Assembly: GCF_001194135.2 (NCBI RefSeq)
Contig: NC_068981.1
Span: 54,122,250 to 54,186,249, forward strand
Source: Octopus bimaculoides
Taxonomy: Eukaryota
Direction: 5' to 3'
DNA: 64,000 nt
Shown here: in pieces, positions 61,925 through 64,000 of the stretch
Position numbering within the stretch: position 1 is the stretch's first letter
Layout of the letters: the number at the start of each line of letters is the position of its first letter
Notes under the pieces: model-generated
Told to the model about the DNA's origin: nothing
Seen by the model: only the letters and a program-made list of their open reading frames with translations
Database searches by the model: none
Position numbers and translations under genes: made by a program

Positions 61925-63868
61925 TACTACATATGTGGAAAATCGGTGTGTTTGCTTGTGGCGTTGTTAGCTAACTCCCCCTACATCGTTTTATTGATCT
62001 TGATGAAACTTGACACATGAGTAGAAGTCATGTCTGGAAACCTCGTGACATACTTAGATTGTTGAAAAAAATCGATAATACGGCCCCTGGAAGGATCTTT
62101 ATATCTACCTCATATAACTAATTTAAAAAAAAAACACCCAAGGGAAATAACCCATAACACCTGCACAATATTTTTTTAACACTTAAAGGAAATAACCTAT
62201 AGCACCTGCACTTGCAGTTGTTACATTTTAGCGAAGCGAAGCAATCAATATTTGATTCTCACTATCAGCGGACCTAATTCTGCATTTCACTACTCACAGT
62301 TTTCAACTGCTAAACCTTATTATTGCACTTTCTTGATGTATGTACACTCTTAATGCCCATAACTCCGATAATTCTGCATATTTCCAGTTAAAATGTTTCC
62401 ATGATAGTACATAAATTTTTGATTCTAGAACGTATTTAATAAGTGTGTCCCAATACAATGAACTCATACTTTGACTGCTTAAAATTCTTAAAAAATGAAA
62501 CCAAACTTCCACACCACATTCAGTTGTATCACATTCAGTTGTATCACACCCTGTATCACTTCAGTCGTATCACACCCTGTATCACTTATACTTATTTTAC
62601 AAATCATAATATTTATTGCTTATTTACAGTTCATACATTTTCATGAAACTAATTGAGCCATCAAATTTAGAAACATTTTATAGGTTTCGTTGTTTATGTT
62701 CGATTACTTTGAATATTGATTTTTTGAGTCCAATTTCTAATTTTTGCAGACGATATCACTTTTATACTTTATTTGACACGTGAGTAGAACTCATGTCTGG
62801 AAACCTCATGACATACTTAAATTGTTGAAAAAAATCGATAATAGGGCCCCCTCCAATGGATCCTTCTATCTACTACATATTACTAATATTTTATTTAAGC
62901 AACCCAGGGGAAATAACCCATACCACCTGCAGTTTTAACGAAGCGATCAATATTTGATTCTCACGATCAACCGACCTAATTCTGCATTTCACTACTCAGT
63001 TTTGAACTGCTAAGCATTATTATTGCACTTCCTTGATTTCAATCTTAAACTTTAAAGACTTCATTCATACATTTCGATACATACACACTTTTTTTAATGT
63101 CCATTACTCCGATAATTCTGCATTTTTACAGTAACACTTTTTCCATGACAGTAAATAAATTTCTTATTCCACAATGTATTTGTAGTGGCTTCATGCAGGC
63201 ATAGCGTGGATTCGATCCTCGATTGCCAAATTTCATCTTCAACAGCACTTTTCTCACGGTAAAACAATAGTTTTTCTGTGAATGACAGCAGTTATACATT
63301 TCCCAGATGCCTTCGCTAAGCAGAATAATGTCTTTGCCACTTGACCCTTCTAACCTCTTCTAGGCCACCAGGGGCTGGAATGGAGATAACAGACCTCCAA
63401 CGAAATCATTTGTTCTCAACAAATATGTCTATCCTTCTGGCTGCTTTTCGATAGTTATAAAAACAAGAACTCTGTAAGCTAAAGGCAGTTACTGAGAGCG
63501 ACCATCAGTGAGTGTGAACGCTATTGTTGCACTTTCATCATTTCATTCTTAAACATTAAACACTTCATTCATATCTTTATATACATATATACTACATTTA
63601 TATATTACCTTTAATAAATTAGCCTTCATAAAGTTCACCTTTAAAATGCCACGACGAGTCAGAGTACTTTTTCACCAACCTCCGAAAACCTCTCTCGCCA
63701 ACCTCCAACAATCTCTCTCCCTCCTCCAGCTGACAGTTTTTTGTTCTTTTTCGCGACGGAAAATACACGTATTGTGGCAGTTATAACGAAATTGCTTTAT
63801 TATATCAGAGTAATAAGGCGTTTCAATAGAACGTCTTTACCCCCGGGAATTACCGGGTACACCAGATA

Positions 63869-63869
<1 letters not shown>
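61925..63869 (+). mobile_element. Non-autonomous Helitron-like element with internal duplication
   Basis: 3' hairpin CCCGG-GAATTA-CCGGG (63842-63857), 12 nt before an ATAG|T end (CTAG variant). 5' region TACTACATAT...TTGATGAAACTTGACACA. (TA)n on both sides. Confidence 0.55.
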
Positions 63870-63903
<34 letters not shown>

Positions 63904-64000
63904 CTCGCACGTACTTCTTTGCCCCTCCTGTACGTGCTTCACAGAGTTCAAGACATACACACTTCACGTCTGGCTGTACAGCCTTTTTGTTTGTTTATTT

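Overview
Repeat-dominated, AT-rich eukaryotic DNA with six N gaps and abundant microsatellites. The repeat content (tRNA-derived SINEs, R4/Dong, RTE, Tx1 and Penelope-like retroelements) suggests a cephalopod, probably Octopus; that is inference, not verified. No host protein-coding gene, rRNA, genuine tRNA or CRISPR array is supported. Almost all listed ORFs are microsatellite or gap artefacts, or transposon remnants. The strongest lead is a Tx1/L1-clade retrotransposon family that appears to insert at one site inside the head of the most abundant SINE: one copy splits a SINE, and a second copy has the same 3' junction. A SINE variant also shares its 3' tail with this LINE. Other leads: R4/Dong fragments that abut (TAA)n in a fixed orientation, a full-length DD36E Tc1-like transposon, a MULE-like MITE with a 9-bp TSD inside a SINE head, a candidate degenerate hammerhead-like RNA with a fold-back sister copy, a Penelope fossil split by a TIR insert, and a Helitron-like element with internal duplications. 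Boundaries of degraded elements are approximate (about 10-30 bp). All alignments were done by eye.
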